A DNA stretch of 64,000 nucleotides from the human T2T-CHM13v2.0 reference genome, Homo sapiens, in NCBI RefSeq assembly GCF_009914755.1, contig NC_060935.1. One strand, 5' to 3'. Positions 62,393 to 64,000 of this stretch are shown piece by piece. The notes below the pieces were generated by a model. The model searched no databases and was not told the DNA's origin. It saw only the letters and a list, made by a program, of their open reading frames with translations. Position numbers and translations under genes: made by a program. The first letter of the stretch is position 1. Each line of letters starts with the position of its first letter.

Positions 62393-64000
62393 TGATGACA
62401 GTGGTGAGCTGTCTGGAGCAGCCACTGCCATCATGCTGGCTACAGCTGGAAGGCGTGGCCAGGACTGCATGTTCCATGGAGCTGGCGAGAGCCAGGGACA
62501 AGCAGGAGCTCCACCCCTTCTGAACTGGGGAGGGAGCTACCCAGGTGCCACTGCAGCTACACAAACCATGGCTGCAGACCCAGGCCTCCCACTCCACGGA
62601 GCAGGTAGAAGCCCCACCCTCTCGGGCACAGCTACAGCCACTCAAACCACGGCTGCAGACCCAGGTATCCCTGTACTCTTGGGGGTCCAGGAAGGCCCCC
62701 GCTTGCCTGTGCAGGCTCAGAGGTGCCTGCTCCCACTGCCTGGCCTCTCCCCCACTCCTTATGCCTGCTCTAATCTCAGAGCAGGGTTGGGGCCAAGCTC
62801 GGGCACTGTCACAGCCTGGCTGGGTGTGCTCATGCTAGGACTCTGTTGCCTCAGCCCCCTCCGGACTTTAGGCACCAACAAACATGGGAAAAAGCCAAGG
62901 TGGGGGCTGAGGGCGGCTCTGCGCTGGCCTGCACTTGCCCATTGGCACGAGCAGCCTGTTATGCCTGTTGCCACAACTGAGGCAGGAGGCAGACAAGCTC
63001 CTGGACAGAAGGGGGCGAGTCCCTGTTGAGACCCCACCTTCAGGCCAGGGGAGCCTGAAGCCTGGGAGCTGGGCTGTGAGTCCCACAAACCAGGGTGGCG
63101 ATTTGTGGTGCCTTTTTCAGCCTGCCCATGGCCACCCATGGACCAATTGCATGCACTTCTTCCCCTCTAAGACCCATAAAAGCCCTGGGCTCAGTCAGAC
63201 CACGGAACAGAGGGAGGATGGGACAACCAGTTGTAGAGAGGAGCTACCTTCTCTGCTGAGAGCTGCAGACAATGGGACAACCTGCTTGTAGAGTGGAGCC
63301 ACTCACTTTATGGCCTCCTCTCTGCTGAGAGCTGCAGACAATGGGATGACCTGCCCGCAGAGAGGAGCCACTTCCTCTCTGCCAAGAGCTGCAGATGACA
63401 GGATGACCAGCTGCAGAGAGGAGTTACCTTCTCTGCTGATAGCAGGAGCTACCCTCTCTGCTGAGAACTGAACACTTGTTGGGACAACCTGCCTGCGGAG
63501 AGGAGCTATCCTCTCCGCTAGGAGTTAAACACTCATCAGGACATCCTGGCCATGGAGAGGAGCTGCTCACTGCGGGTCTTCTCTGAGCTGTTGTATTGCT
63601 CAATAAAGCTCCTCTCTGTCTTGCTTACCCTTCCGCCTGTCTGTGTACCTCATTCTTCCTGGTCATAGGACAAGAACTTGAGACTCACTGAATGGTGAGG
63701 CTAAAAGAGTTGCTGTAACACAAACAGGATTGAAACATGTCCCTTGCTCACCAGGTTATGAGTGAAGAGGAGAGACGAGCTGTGGCCCTCCAGGAAGCCC
63801 AGACCTGGGAGCTCCCTGATCCAGGGCTGTGACTCCCTCTTCTGGGCCCTGTGGTTCCTGGTGCCTCCAAGCTTCCAGGCACCACCTCATTCCCCAGTGC
63901 CAGCTGGGAAAGCTGCTTGCGGCGCACCTGGTCCAGCTGCAGCCTCACAGAGAGCTAGCGCCCATGCAAGCACCTTGAGCTGCCCGCCCGGCAGCAGCAG
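62393..64000 (+). mobile_element. MER52-family ERV1 LTR (MER52A-like), 3' end beyond window, inserted in a MIR
   Basis: Starts TGATGACAGTGGTG...CTGGAGCAGCC; CCAAT at 63143 and CATAAAA at 63176; tandem AGAGAGGAGCTACC/CTCTGCTGAGAGCTG units at ~63219-63590; AATAAA at 63602. Confidence 0.85.

Noticed and set aside
62313-63948. 198-aa and neighbouring ORFs
   Set aside because: GC-rich MER52 LTR sequence lacking stops; no recognisable domain.

Overview
Primate genomic DNA, most likely human (an AluYd8-type insertion is present; RAB30 maps to 11q14.1). The window holds all four coding exons of the small GTPase gene RAB30 on the minus strand (39778-39686, 36584-36501, 30232-30049, 24878-24628; 612 nt, 203 aa, all GT-AG junctions read directly). 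A 3' UTR follows with a proximal (~0.7 kb) and a distal (~9 kb) AATAAA. About 24 kb of intron 1 is included; the main promoter and first exon lie beyond the right edge. The rest is a decayed RPL7A processed pseudogene and transposon relics: about 27 Alus, L1PA/PB/MB/MC/ME, L2, MIR, MST and MLT1 LTRs, a solo LTR12, a MER52 LTR, MER53 and probably MamSINE1. Nearly all ORF-track entries are repeat-derived noise. I found no convincing new biological system. The best leads are: (1) a CpG-rich LTR12 promoter pointing antisense into the RAB30 3' end; (2) a ~125-bp dispersed duplication inside the Alu-free long UTR; (3) a 12-bp tandem repeat giving three in-frame GTAAG motifs at a RAB30 donor; (4) a 369-nt three-exon circle that would be one closed ORF; (5) an internally deleted L1 that keeps its 5' end. 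Repeat family names come from recalled consensus sequences, and the boundaries of old repeats are approximate.
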